64,000 nucleotides of DNA from a bacterium (GTDB lineage Bacteria > Fidelibacterota > Fidelibacteria > Fidelibacterales > Fidelibacteraceae), in the NCBI GenBank assembly GCA_963676395.1, contig OY781066.1:2240001-2304000 (forward strand), given 5' to 3'. Positions within the stretch are counted from its first letter, which is position 1. Every line of letters starts with the position of its first letter. The translations under genes and the position numbers were made by a program. Positions 47,898 to 57,795 of the stretch are shown piece by piece. The notes under the pieces were generated by a model. The model saw nothing but the letters and a program-made list of their open reading frames with translations. It was not told the origin of the DNA and did not search any database.

Positions 47898-47958
47898 AAG
47901 ATTTCCTCTTTATTCATGAGAATGCAGGGAACGGTTAAAACCGTCCCTTACAAAGAGA

Positions 47959-48447
47959 TTACTTTATCTTCAATCCATATTTCAGTGTATTATAATGCGC
48001 TATCGCAACAGCCAAGGCATCGCTTACATCCATTTTTCCTCCCAATGAAGGCAATTTAAGCATTTTTATGACCATATATTTAACCTGTTCTTTTGAGGCT
48101 GATCCAACACCGGTGAGGGCTTTTTTTACTATGGTGGCCGGATATTCATGGAGGGGAAGTTGTTTCATTTGTCCCGCAAGCATCAATACGCCGCGTGCAT
48201 GCCCAAGTTTTAAAGATGTTTTAGGATTGATGTTGGAAAAGGTTTCTTCAATGGCAAAGGCATCCGGTTTGTAGTCGTCAATGACTTCACAACAGGATTT
48301 ATATAGTATTTCAAGTTTTTCCGGAAAATCATAGGCCTTAGATGTAGATATTTCGCCGGCAGCGATAAATGAGAGCTTTGAGTGCTCAACCTTGATCACT
48401 CCATAGCCCGATGTATTTAAACCCGGATCTATTCCAAGAATTATCAT
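47959..48447 (-). CDS. ruvC: Crossover junction endodeoxyribonuclease RuvC
   Basis: ILGIDPG, AIEETF, LGHARG, VKKALTG.G.ASKEQV, DVSDALAVA. Confidence 0.95.
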   Translation of the reverse strand: MIILGIDPGLNTSGYGVIKVEHSKLSFIAAGEISTSKAYDFPEKLEILYKSCCEVIDDYKPDAFAIEETFSNINPKTSLKLGHARGVLMLAGQMKQLPLHEYPATIVKKALTGVGSASKEQVKYMVIKMLKLPSLGGKMDVSDALAVAIAHYNTLKYGLKIK

Positions 48448-49193
48448 TCGCTGATTTGTGCCATGATCTCTTCGGGAATCTCTGAATTGTCCCAGGCGTT
48501 CTGGACATCATCATGATCATCCAAAAGATCAAAGAGTTTCATGTATTTACTGGCCTGATCGACATCTTCGATTTTAACGGTCGTACCCGGGATCTGCTCG
48601 ATGGCGGCATGGACGATCTCGTAAGTTTCTTTTAATGCTTCATGTACATTGTTAAAAGAAGCTTGATCTGTCAAGATAGTGAAGCTGTCGCCGTCTTTAG
48701 ATATATCTTCAGCGCCGGCTTCTAACGCTTCCATCATCAATTCGTCTTCATCCACACTTTCTGCTGCAACGATAATATTACCTTTGCGAGAGAAATTCCA
48801 GTTCACGGAACCGGTTTCGCCAAGGTTCCCGCCGTGTTTTGACAGTAAATGTCTTATCTCAGCAACGGTTCGCTGTTTGTTATCTGTCAACACTTCCAAC
48901 ATAATGGCGACACCAAAGGGACCGTAGCCTTCGTAGGTAATCTCTTCATAGTTAACGCCTTCAAGTTCGCCCGTACCTTTTTTGATCGCGCGATCGAGTG
49001 TGTCTTTGGGAACGTTTGCAGCACGAGCTGCTATAACTGCAGTACGCAAACGAGGATTTGAATCTATGTCACCGCCACCGATCTTTGCGGCAACGGTAAT
49101 TTCTTTAAGAATTTTAGTCCATACTTTTGCTCTTTTTGAATCTTGAGCAGCTTTTCTGTGCTTAATATTTGCCCACTTACTATGTCCGGCCAT
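48444..49193 (-). CDS. yebC: YebC/PmpR family protein
   Basis: MAGHSKWANIKHRK, NPRLR, YEGYGP, TDNKQRT, DDVQN. Confidence 0.95.
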   Translation of the reverse strand: MAGHSKWANIKHRKAAQDSKRAKVWTKILKEITVAAKIGGGDIDSNPRLRTAVIAARAANVPKDTLDRAIKKGTGELEGVNYEEITYEGYGPFGVAIMLEVLTDNKQRTVAEIRHLLSKHGGNLGETGSVNWNFSRKGNIIVAAESVDEDELMMEALEAGAEDISKDGDSFTILTDQASFNNVHEALKETYEIVHAAIEQIPGTTVKIEDVDQASKYMKLFDLLDDHDDVQNAWDNSEIPEEIMAQISE

Positions 49194-49474
49194 ACTTTTT
49201 TCCTTGTACTAATCGTTAATATTTTTATCTGCTAAAAATAAGCTTTAAAAAACTTAAATGCAAATCGTAATTGGTGTGTAGGCTTCTCATTAAGCAATAC
49301 ATAGATTAATATCTACAGTAAATTACGTTGTTGAATTTTAAATACAGTGTTTAAGTTTTATTGTAATTGTGATAATTGTTCGCTTACTGTCAGAATATCA
49401 GGCAAATACCGCATTGCGTAATTAAATGTATTTGAGATATTTGTTATATGGTATCTCTAAAATCACATGGTAAT

Positions 49475-49502
49475 AAAAAACGCCTCGTTTAAACGAGGCG
49501 TT
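49475..49502 (-). terminator. Intrinsic terminator
   Basis: A6-CGCCTCGTTTAAACGAGGCG downstream of the 49525 gene. Confidence 0.7.
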
Positions 49503-49524
49503 AATTTATTCTTGTACTCAGAGC

Positions 49525-50034
49525 TTATTTTCTAACTTTTTTCTTAACGACAGTTGTATCAAGATCTGTAACTTGCAACTGTAGTTTTTCGATGTCGCGT
49601 GTCAAGTTCTGTAACTGCTGTGTTGCACGAATGTTGTTCTGTGTGACTGTACGACGTAGGTTGGTAAGTTTCCTGTCAACATCGTCTGTGCGTGAACGTA
49701 ATTGTGCAGCGCTGGCATCAAGTACTAAACCCAATGAGTCAATTCTTGTGTTGATATAGAACATATCGCTTGAATGTTGATCTTTGAATTCATTCAAATT
49801 CTTTTCTAAAGCTAGAAAGCGTTGGCTGTTCTGATTGATATGTTTTCTATGGCCGATAAGGCGAACATCAAAATCATGAAGATCATCCGTATATCCCTGA
49901 TATTTATCTACAATACCATCGGAACGTTTGTCAATAGCAGTCAAACGCTTATTAAAACCGGTTTGTGTAAAGTACATAAATCCTAGTGCAGCAAAGAGAA
50001 GGACCCATAGAAGAGACATAAAAAACTTTTTCAT
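49525..50034 (-). CDS. Hypothetical membrane-anchored coiled-coil protein
   Basis: N-terminal TM, heptad pattern, AGGAG RBS. Confidence 0.75.
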   Translation of the reverse strand: MKKFFMSLLWVLLFAALGFMYFTQTGFNKRLTAIDKRSDGIVDKYQGYTDDLHDFDVRLIGHRKHINQNSQRFLALEKNLNEFKDQHSSDMFYINTRIDSLGLVLDASAAQLRSRTDDVDRKLTNLRRTVTQNNIRATQQLQNLTRDIEKLQLQVTDLDTTVVKKKVRK

Positions 50035-50455
50035 TATTTACTCCTAATTTCAAATAAAATATTCATGTCGATAACAAGACAAAAAGTAATTAAAAGAATA
50101 TGCAAAAGCAATAGATGATGTGTAAAATTGTAACAAAAATTTCATGCATACTTTAAGATAGTGGATTATTGCCATAGTTTTGGTATAAACACACTCAATT
50201 GTCAATTATGAATTATTTTAAGTTTAAAAATGTGCCATACGTCACACGTTCTAATTGACAATTGTCCGCTTGCCCTAAATAACGTAAATTCAGGACTACA
50301 AAATGAAATATTCCGATTATCAAAAATCAACAATAACACCCGATATTGAATCTAAGCTAAGATATTCTCCCAATAATTTCGATTTCATGATATTTCCTGA
50401 TTTTTAGAAAACATCTGAATAGTTTAAATCATCTAAGTCACCGCTTACAGTCATA

Positions 50456-52216
50456 TTAATGGTGAACTTCTTTTTCTTCATAATTTATTTTTCCTAATTG
50501 CCGTTCTATCATTTTCGCAAAAATACCACCTTGCTCTTCCAGCTCTGAAGGTGATCCGCTTTCGGAAACCCTGCCATTTTCAAGAACAATAATTTTATCC
50601 GCATTGGCCACCGTTCGCATTCTATGAGCGATAATCAATACCGTCTTATTGCGAATCAGTGCCGAAATACCTGTTTGTATCTTTGTTTCATTCTCCACAT
50701 CAAGCGAGGCGGAAGCTTCATCCAACAAAACGATCGGCGCATCTTTCAACAATGCCCGTGCAATGGATATTCGCTGACGCTCACCACCAGATAGGGTTTC
50801 GCCGTTTTCGCCTATAACGGTTTGATAACCACCCGGCATTTTATTAACAAATTCATCGCATTGTGCCAGTTTTGCTACCCGCATGACATCTTCATCACTG
50901 GCATCACGTTTACCAATACGGATATTGTCCATCACCGATGTATTAAACAATACAACATCCTGAAAAACAATTGAATAATTTTTTAACAATATCTCTGGAT
51001 CAATCTTACTGATATCCTGATTTCCAAGAAGAATTCTTCCCGAATCAATATCCCAAAATCGTGCAGAGAGTTTGGCCGATGTGCTTTTACCACCTCCAGA
51101 AGGTCCCACCAATGCCGTGATCTCACCCTGTTTCGCCGTAAACGACACATTATGTAAAACCTGTTTGCCCGTTTCGTATGAAAAATCAACCTTATCAAAT
51201 ACAATATCATAATTGTCCGGATTGAAAGCTTTACTTCCCCGCTGAATCGGAAGCGCTTCCATTTCATTCACACGATTGATACGGACATCAAGAAAGAACA
51301 AAGCAGCCATATTGTTAAATACTTCACTTATTGGATTATAAACGCGGGAAGCGATCATCAGAAAAATAAGATAAACAAACAGATCCAAGGTACCTGCCGA
51401 CAGAAGTTTCGCACCTACGATCACAACACTAGCCAGTCCAAGTTTCAATAAACTCTGCGCTGAATTGACCAGTCCGCCGGCCAATAGTTCTCCACGTACC
51501 AGTTGCTTTTCGTATATAGCAACTTTTTCATGTAAAGTGTCAATATAGGCATTTTCCTGATTGTAAGATTTGATCTCCTGAACAGCATCCAGTCCTTCCT
51601 GTATGTGTTCACTGACATCTCTTTTCTTCAAATAGAGCGAAATATTTTCCTTGTCGAGTTTTTTCTTTGCGATAAGAATAATAACAGCCGCAAACGGCAC
51701 AACCCAAAACAAAGCAAATGATAATTGCCAATTATAAAAGAATAATCCAATCGCGATCATGGCAAGACTCAACACAGAAGCAAGCAATTGAGGTACTGCG
51801 TGTGAAAATGTATGTTCAAGATCAGTGCAATCAGTCATGATCGTTGAAGTAAGATCGGAAAGGTTTTTTTCTCCAAAAAAGGCTAACGGAAGGATCCGTA
51901 ATTTTTCCGCAAGTGAAATCCGGCGATTAGCGCTTTCATCATAGACGGTTGTATACGTGCTTCGGTACTGAAACATGGCAATGACATACATGATTAGCAT
52001 AAAAATAACGCCAAGTATGATATAATACCCTATGCCATTAAATGCCGAAGCGGGAATTCCCAGTACCGGGCGGAGATAATCTTCCAGAAAGAAGAAAAAT
52101 AAGACAGCCGGCAACATCAACGCGATATCAAGCAAAATTGTAAAAAAAGTTCCTTTTAAAAAATCTTTTGCACCCTTGCGTGAAAGCGCAAGTCGTTTTT
52201 CCAGTACCTTAAACAT
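50456..52216 (-). CDS. ABC transporter fused permease/ATPase (YbtQ/IrtB-like)
   Basis: TM domain, GPSGGGKST, LSGGERQR, LLDEASASLD, IAHR; probable start MFKVLEK at 52216. Confidence 0.9.
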   Translation of the reverse strand: MFKVLEKRLALSRKGAKDFLKGTFFTILLDIALMLPAVLFFFFLEDYLRPVLGIPASAFNGIGYYIILGVIFMLIMYVIAMFQYRSTYTTVYDESANRRISLAEKLRILPLAFFGEKNLSDLTSTIMTDCTDLEHTFSHAVPQLLASVLSLAMIAIGLFFYNWQLSFALFWVVPFAAVIILIAKKKLDKENISLYLKKRDVSEHIQEGLDAVQEIKSYNQENAYIDTLHEKVAIYEKQLVRGELLAGGLVNSAQSLLKLGLASVVIVGAKLLSAGTLDLFVYLIFLMIASRVYNPISEVFNNMAALFFLDVRINRVNEMEALPIQRGSKAFNPDNYDIVFDKVDFSYETGKQVLHNVSFTAKQGEITALVGPSGGGKSTSAKLSARFWDIDSGRILLGNQDISKIDPEILLKNYSIVFQDVVLFNTSVMDNIRIGKRDASDEDVMRVAKLAQCDEFVNKMPGGYQTVIGENGETLSGGERQRISIARALLKDAPIVLLDEASASLDVENETKIQTGISALIRNKTVLIIAHRMRTVANADKIIVLENGRVSESGSPSELEEQGGIFAKMIERQLGKINYEEKEVHH

Positions 52217-53981
52217 GTTGTACCCCCTTTCCGATGGTCCATTGCACCGATCGTTTGTATTCATTCCACATTGAAAAATACAACCCTTCTTTTTTCAGTA
52301 ATTCCCAGTGCGTACCGCGTTCATCAATTCGACCTTCATTTACAACTAAAATGGTATCGGCATGTATAACACTACTAAGGCGATGAGCGATCATTAATAC
52401 GGTTTTACCCTTTGTAAGCTTTTTGAGCGCTTCCTGTATCAGATGTTCATTCTCAGGATCAGTAAACGCCGTCGCTTCATCCAAGACAACGATTGGAGCA
52501 TCTTTTAAAATAGCTCGCGCCAGCACAATACGCTGCTGTTCGCCGCCGGAAAGATAGGTTCCGTCAACTCCAATTCGCGTATTCAGTCCATCAGGAAGTT
52601 TTTCAATAATCTCCCGGCACTGAGCCATATCTACAGCTTTTTCAACCTCTTTCAGAGATGCTGAAGGATTCCCATATCTGATATTATCCAATAAACTTGT
52701 TTTAAATAACTTTGTATTTTGAAAGACAAAAGACACATGCTCCATCAATTGTTTCGGATGGATATCTTTTACATTAGCATCACCGATGCTCACAACACCT
52801 TCATCAACATCCCAGAAACGGGGAACCAATCTTGCAATTGTAGTCTTTCCACTCCCGGACGCACCCACTAATGCCACCGTTTTTCCATCCGGAATGTAAA
52901 AATTCACATCGTCCACGGCTTTTTTATCTGCTCCGGGATATGTAAATGAAACACCCATAAAACTTATATTGTGGGCAGCAATGGATTTCGGCGTTGCCGG
53001 GATAGGCAAGGGTTCGATGTCAATCAGCGTTTCCATTCTGTTGATCGCTTCACTAGCCTGACCTAAAGCTTGATTAAGGTACATGCTTTTCATAATGCTT
53101 TGTGAAAAAATGGGTGTGATCAGAACATACAGGAATAGATTAAGCAAAACACCGGCATAATCACCGGAATGGCCGATCAGAAGAATGGCGACAGGTATCA
53201 GAAAAAAAGCAAAGCTATTGATAATAACCGTATATGCCGACATAGGAATTTCCCACATTTTAGTATATTTAAATACCATATTTCTGTATTTCAGAATACT
53301 CTTGTAAAAATTTTTAAAAGAAAATACCGTTTGTTGGAAAACTTTAACTACCGGAATACCCCGTACATATTCAACAGCTTCCGTGTTCATTTCTTCTAAG
53401 GAATTCATATAACTTTCCATAAAATATCGACCTTTTTTACCCATCATAAATCCCATGATAAACATAGAAATAACAATAGGCGAAAGGCAGGCCAATCCAA
53501 GCCGCCAATCAAATATAAAGATTAACAAAACAGCAATGATAGGCATGATGAAATTTCCGGCAAGATCAGGCATCTGGTGTGCTAAAAAACCATGAGTAAT
53601 GCTTGCATTATCATCAATGATCTTGCGAATACGACCACTGGTGTTGTTGTCAAAAAAACCAAGCGGCATGCGAATGATCTTTTCCATAGCAGACTTTCGC
53701 ATATTGGCTTCAACCCGAAATGCTGCTAAATGCGAAAATGACAAAGCCATGAAATACAGCAGAACACTAAGAACAGCTAAACCCGCCGCCCACCAAGCGT
53801 ATGTATTAATAAGAGCAGCGGAGTACGAAATTCCCGAAGCAAATAATTCGCGAACAATAAACCATATTAAAACATATGGTGCCATGCCCGCAAAGGTACT
53901 GAGAGCGGACAGTAAAAGCGCACTCGGTAGAAGCGCTTTTCTACCAGTCATGTATTTTTGTAATTCAAATAATGTTTTCAT
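52209..53981 (-). CDS. ABC transporter fused permease/ATPase (YbtP/IrtA-like)
   Basis: SHLAAF, LAHQMPD, EYVRGIPVVK, GASGSGKTT, LSGGEQQR, LDEATAFTDPENE. Confidence 0.9.
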   Translation of the reverse strand: MKTLFELQKYMTGRKALLPSALLLSALSTFAGMAPYVLIWFIVRELFASGISYSAALINTYAWWAAGLAVLSVLLYFMALSFSHLAAFRVEANMRKSAMEKIIRMPLGFFDNNTSGRIRKIIDDNASITHGFLAHQMPDLAGNFIMPIIAVLLIFIFDWRLGLACLSPIVISMFIMGFMMGKKGRYFMESYMNSLEEMNTEAVEYVRGIPVVKVFQQTVFSFKNFYKSILKYRNMVFKYTKMWEIPMSAYTVIINSFAFFLIPVAILLIGHSGDYAGVLLNLFLYVLITPIFSQSIMKSMYLNQALGQASEAINRMETLIDIEPLPIPATPKSIAAHNISFMGVSFTYPGADKKAVDDVNFYIPDGKTVALVGASGSGKTTIARLVPRFWDVDEGVVSIGDANVKDIHPKQLMEHVSFVFQNTKLFKTSLLDNIRYGNPSASLKEVEKAVDMAQCREIIEKLPDGLNTRIGVDGTYLSGGEQQRIVLARAILKDAPIVVLDEATAFTDPENEHLIQEALKKLTKGKTVLMIAHRLSSVIHADTILVVNEGRIDERGTHWELLKKEGLYFSMWNEYKRSVQWTIGKGVQHV

Positions 53982-54109
53982 GTTTGTTTTCCATTTTTCT
54001 TTCTTGTGTTCTCGTCATGACCACAATCGGGGATGGAAGAAAATCTTACCATCCCCAACAAAATAACCTAAGGAGAAATAATAATTATCACAGGCAGGCT
54101 TTGGGGCAT

Positions 54110-56533
54110 TTATTTAATTTCCAAGCTTATACCGCCATAAACCATTCTACCATACATGGGTGCATACATAAAGGCTGCATCGTCAAGATACTTTTCATTC
54201 TGTATGTAATCGAAAATATTATCTACGCCCGCATAAAGCTTAAAATATCCGAAACTCTTTGATACCCGGGCATCCACAAGCATAAATGGATCCGTTTGTT
54301 TGATCTTGGATTTATCACCAAACTCGGGATCGATATCTTCATTATAATAATCGATATACATCCTGCCCTGATAATCTCCTGTTATAGAAATACTCCATGT
54401 TCCCGGTTTGTATTCAAAACCGATATTTCCGGTAGTTTCCGGCATACGGGAGATATATTTACTTATGTCTTCATACTCCGTACCGATCCAATCACCACGA
54501 ACTTGATCATATTCACCATGATTGTAAGTAAAATCAATACTCAAATTTAAATGTCGGAATATGTTTACTGTAAACGATGCTTCAACTCCCTGTACAGTCG
54601 CATCATCAATATTTTCCCACTGGTAATCATAACCCAATGCAGCAACTGCATCTATTGCATCGACAAAACCAATCTTATTTTTCAAATCCGTGCGGAATAA
54701 ATTCAAACTCAAACGTGCTTTGTCTCCGTAATAATCGGCAGATAAATTGTAGCTGACAGAAGTTTCCGCTTTAAGATCCGAAGATTTCCAAACTCGCGGC
54801 GAACCACTACAAAGATGCAGATCTTCAGAGAATCCATAAGGAGCCCGGAAACCTGTACCGACGTTTACTCTAACCGTCAGAGATTCCGAAAGAAGATATT
54901 TCACGGCAAGCCGAGGATTTACGACGCTTGTATCAAATGATGTGGCAGGGAAAATATTCGTTTCAAAAACCTGTTTGTCGGCAGCATATTCCTCGGAGGA
55001 GCTGTGGCGATCCAGGCGAACACCGGGAACAACAGTCAAAGCAGGACTTACCACCCATTCATCCTGGACATAAGCTCCGAATTCTCGTGCCGATTTATTG
55101 CTCGTTGATCGATATGATTCTCCATAATAATCACTTTCTCCATCCACGACCACATACATTCCGGATTCTTCCAATGCATCCGAATAAGCTTGGGCACCGA
55201 ATAACAAGGTATGTCCGTCTAGTTTAATACCATAATTCAATGTTGCGGTAAATGAATTTTCCCCGGCAAGATAAGGACGCATATCTCTCAAATCAGGTAC
55301 ACTGTCATGATGAGTTGCCATATAATCTCCAAGAAAAGAATCATTCGTTGCATTTCGGTTATGATTCACAAAACCCACCGAGAAATTTAAATCGGAATTA
55401 TTTTTAAAGATCTTTGTGTAATCCAACTGGGTTTCATAACGCCGAGTTTCAATAGATTCGGTTCCATCTGTCAGAGGATTTTTGTAATAATCATCTGTGG
55501 TTGTACCGCCTTTTCTCAGTTCATTGATCACCTTCCCGGAAACAATCAACTTATCATTATCAAAAAGTTTATTATACAAATAAAGGTTAAAGCCGGCATT
55601 GGTTAAATTGCTTTCAACACGGTCGGAGATACCATCGGGTATCTTAACTTCTTCCGCTGTCGCTCCCTCACCGGTTTCATCAACAGCATCTCCTGTTACA
55701 TGTTCGGCAAAGATATTAAGGCCCATATCTCGTTTTTCGTTTCTCATGGTTGAAAACACATTGAAACGATTTGTGTTATAACTACCCAATTGTACATTAA
55801 TTTTCGTCGAAGGTATTAGAGAGGGTTCCTTGGTGATAATATTGATCGCACCGGCAACAGCCGAACTACCGTATAATGCCGATCCGGCACCTTTTACGAT
55901 CTCAATCCTGTCAACATCGACCGTTCCGATCTGCTGAAGCCCATATACACCCGCTAACCCTGAATATAAAGGCTGTCCGTTAATCAACACTTGGGTGTGT
56001 TCAGAACCCAAGCCCTGCATTCTTATCATGGTAAAATTGCAATATTGGCACTGACTTTCAACCCGAATTCCCGGCAGTCCTTCCATTGCTTCATAAAGAT
56101 TAGAGGCATTTTTATTCTCAATATCCTTTTCTGTGATCACTTCGGTTCTTACGGGAACATTCTTGACATAATGACCGGTTCTTGTACCTGTTACCAATAC
56201 ACGGTCAAGCTCAAGAACATCTTCTTCAAGAATAAAATCCAGAATTAATGTTTCATTTGCCTCTAAAACAATTGTTTTTTCAAATGATACATAACCGATT
56301 GCGTTTACAGCAACGGTATATTTGCCCTCAGTGAGGCCTGCTAACTTATAATATCCGTTTCCATCTGCCGCAGCTCCAAGATACGAATCTTTAATGATCA
56401 CATTGGCATAGGGTATGAATTTCCCACTAACCGACGATTTGACCGTCCCGCTTATCTCCGTATTGGTAGATACGGAGGCTGCAGTCGCCAGTGACATCAT
56501 CAGAAGCATGAATAAAGCAGTAACTTTTTTCAT
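54110..56533 (-). CDS. TonB-dependent receptor with N-terminal carboxypeptidase-regulatory-like domain
   Basis: Signal peptide, VLVTGTRT, CQYC plug motif, IEIVKGAGSALYGS.AVAG.INIITK, C-terminal GVDNIFD..GR..YGG. Confidence 0.92.
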   Translation of the reverse strand: MKKVTALFMLLMMSLATAASVSTNTEISGTVKSSVSGKFIPYANVIIKDSYLGAAADGNGYYKLAGLTEGKYTVAVNAIGYVSFEKTIVLEANETLILDFILEEDVLELDRVLVTGTRTGHYVKNVPVRTEVITEKDIENKNASNLYEAMEGLPGIRVESQCQYCNFTMIRMQGLGSEHTQVLINGQPLYSGLAGVYGLQQIGTVDVDRIEIVKGAGSALYGSSAVAGAINIITKEPSLIPSTKINVQLGSYNTNRFNVFSTMRNEKRDMGLNIFAEHVTGDAVDETGEGATAEEVKIPDGISDRVESNLTNAGFNLYLYNKLFDNDKLIVSGKVINELRKGGTTTDDYYKNPLTDGTESIETRRYETQLDYTKIFKNNSDLNFSVGFVNHNRNATNDSFLGDYMATHHDSVPDLRDMRPYLAGENSFTATLNYGIKLDGHTLLFGAQAYSDALEESGMYVVVDGESDYYGESYRSTSNKSAREFGAYVQDEWVVSPALTVVPGVRLDRHSSSEEYAADKQVFETNIFPATSFDTSVVNPRLAVKYLLSESLTVRVNVGTGFRAPYGFSEDLHLCSGSPRVWKSSDLKAETSVSYNLSADYYGDKARLSLNLFRTDLKNKIGFVDAIDAVAALGYDYQWENIDDATVQGVEASFTVNIFRHLNLSIDFTYNHGEYDQVRGDWIGTEYEDISKYISRMPETTGNIGFEYKPGTWSISITGDYQGRMYIDYYNEDIDPEFGDKSKIKQTDPFMLVDARVSKSFGYFKLYAGVDNIFDYIQNEKYLDDAAFMYAPMYGRMVYGGISLEIK

Positions 56534-56591
56534 TTTTTTCCTTTCATTTATTAATATGTTTTTGATCTTAAGATACTCAAGAATAAAAAAC

Positions 56592-56663
56592 GAACAGTGT
56601 TCACCATTATGTTAAAAAAATATCTCATTATGGAACAATATTGTTTAATAGCGAACAGTGTTC
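56592..56663. promoter_or_regulatory. Two copies of palindrome GAACAGTGTTC upstream of the TonB receptor (candidate TetR operators)
   Basis: 56592-56602 and 56653-56663; a third copy lies upstream of tetR. Confidence 0.65.
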
Positions 56664-56686
56664 TCTCGCAAATAAAAAAATATTAT

Positions 56687-57313
56687 TTACTTAGAATTTA
56701 AAAAATTGCACTCCTTTAATCCATCATATCCTCTGGATATGAATATTAGCATTTCCTGAATAAAGATAACCATGTCATCATAAGAAATATCGTGCATTAG
56801 AATTTCTGTGATCATATTAAAAAGCATTGACGCAATATTATGAATACAAAATCCCGAAATACGGCAATACATATGCCCCTCAGTTTCTACAGATCTTCCC
56901 AAATATTTCAATGATATTTCAGTATACTTTTCGGTCAGTTCTTCTTTATATTTTTCGTAAGAAGAGCCGTATGATTGAAACTCCAATAGCCTTAAGATTT
57001 CCCGGTTTTTATCAATAAAACGAGCAATCTTTTCAATACTATCAATATCTAGGTTCAAATAGTTATTTTTACTTGCAATATTATTATTTTGTTTCAAATC
57101 ATTAAGCGATTTATCAATTGTATCTGTTATCGGCTTAACAATGTAAGAGAATAATTTATCTTTATTGCTAAAGTAATTATATACATTGCTGACCGATACA
57201 CCAACTTCTTTGGCAATGTTGCGCATGGAAGCGCTTTGATAACCTTTTTCAACGAACTCGTTTTGAGCTGCATTGATGATTCTGTCTCTGATATGGTCTT
57301 TCTTTATTTGCAT
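56687..57313 (-). CDS. TetR/AcrR family transcriptional regulator
   Basis: IINAAQNEF..KGY..ASMRNIAKEVGVSVSNVYNYF.NK..LF; probable start MQIKK at 57313 (ORF track 57334). Confidence 0.92.
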   Translation of the reverse strand: MQIKKDHIRDRIINAAQNEFVEKGYQSASMRNIAKEVGVSVSNVYNYFSNKDKLFSYIVKPITDTIDKSLNDLKQNNNIASKNNYLNLDIDSIEKIARFIDKNREILRLLEFQSYGSSYEKYKEELTEKYTEISLKYLGRSVETEGHMYCRISGFCIHNIASMLFNMITEILMHDISYDDMVIFIQEMLIFISRGYDGLKECNFLNSK

Positions 57314-57338
57314 GTGTTTTATTACATACCCCATTAGT

Positions 57339-57349
57339 GAACACTGTTC
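57339..57349. promoter_or_regulatory. Candidate TetR autoregulatory operator GAACACTGTTC
   Basis: Same palindrome as the two copies upstream of the TonB receptor. Confidence 0.6.
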
Positions 57350-57525
57350 TTTTTCAACAAGACAATTTTAATATGATATATTTTCTAAGTCAAGATATTT
57401 TAGTAATTAATTTTCTATCAGTTTTCATCGGGTAAAAACTGGGGGAGTATGTTATCCGGTTTTATTCATATATTCACTTACGATCAAATTCTCATATCTT
57501 TTTTCATTCGCTCGATATCGGTCAT

Positions 57526-57684
57526 TCAATTCTTAATCTTCTGCTCCTGCTCACGTTTATTGAGTATCTGTGCTGCTATATGATGCGTTACAGGGTCTTT
57601 ATCATTTATAAAATCAGCTATTCCCCTATAACACTGGATAGCGTATTGTTCAGCGTTTAAATTTTGGTTTAAAATTGCTTTAAC
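57526..57684 (-). pseudogene. C-terminal remnant of a ferritin-like (Dps-like/bacterioferritin-related) gene
   Basis: VKAILNQNLNAEQYAIQCY..IADF..DKDPVT..IA.QIL resembles the last helix pair of DpsL-type proteins; no N-terminal half. Confidence 0.5.
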
Positions 57685-57795
57685 GCATGAAATGATAGAT
57701 TTTAAATGTGAATATTTATTTTTCAGCAAATAAGAAATTCTAATAAATGATGGTGTGTGAATCTAGAAAAATTGACAATGCAGAATAATTTATAA

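Noticed and set aside
47301..49193. Absence of ruvB next to ruvCA as an anomaly
   Set aside because: ruvB is frequently unlinked from yebC-ruvC-ruvA; not informative from one window
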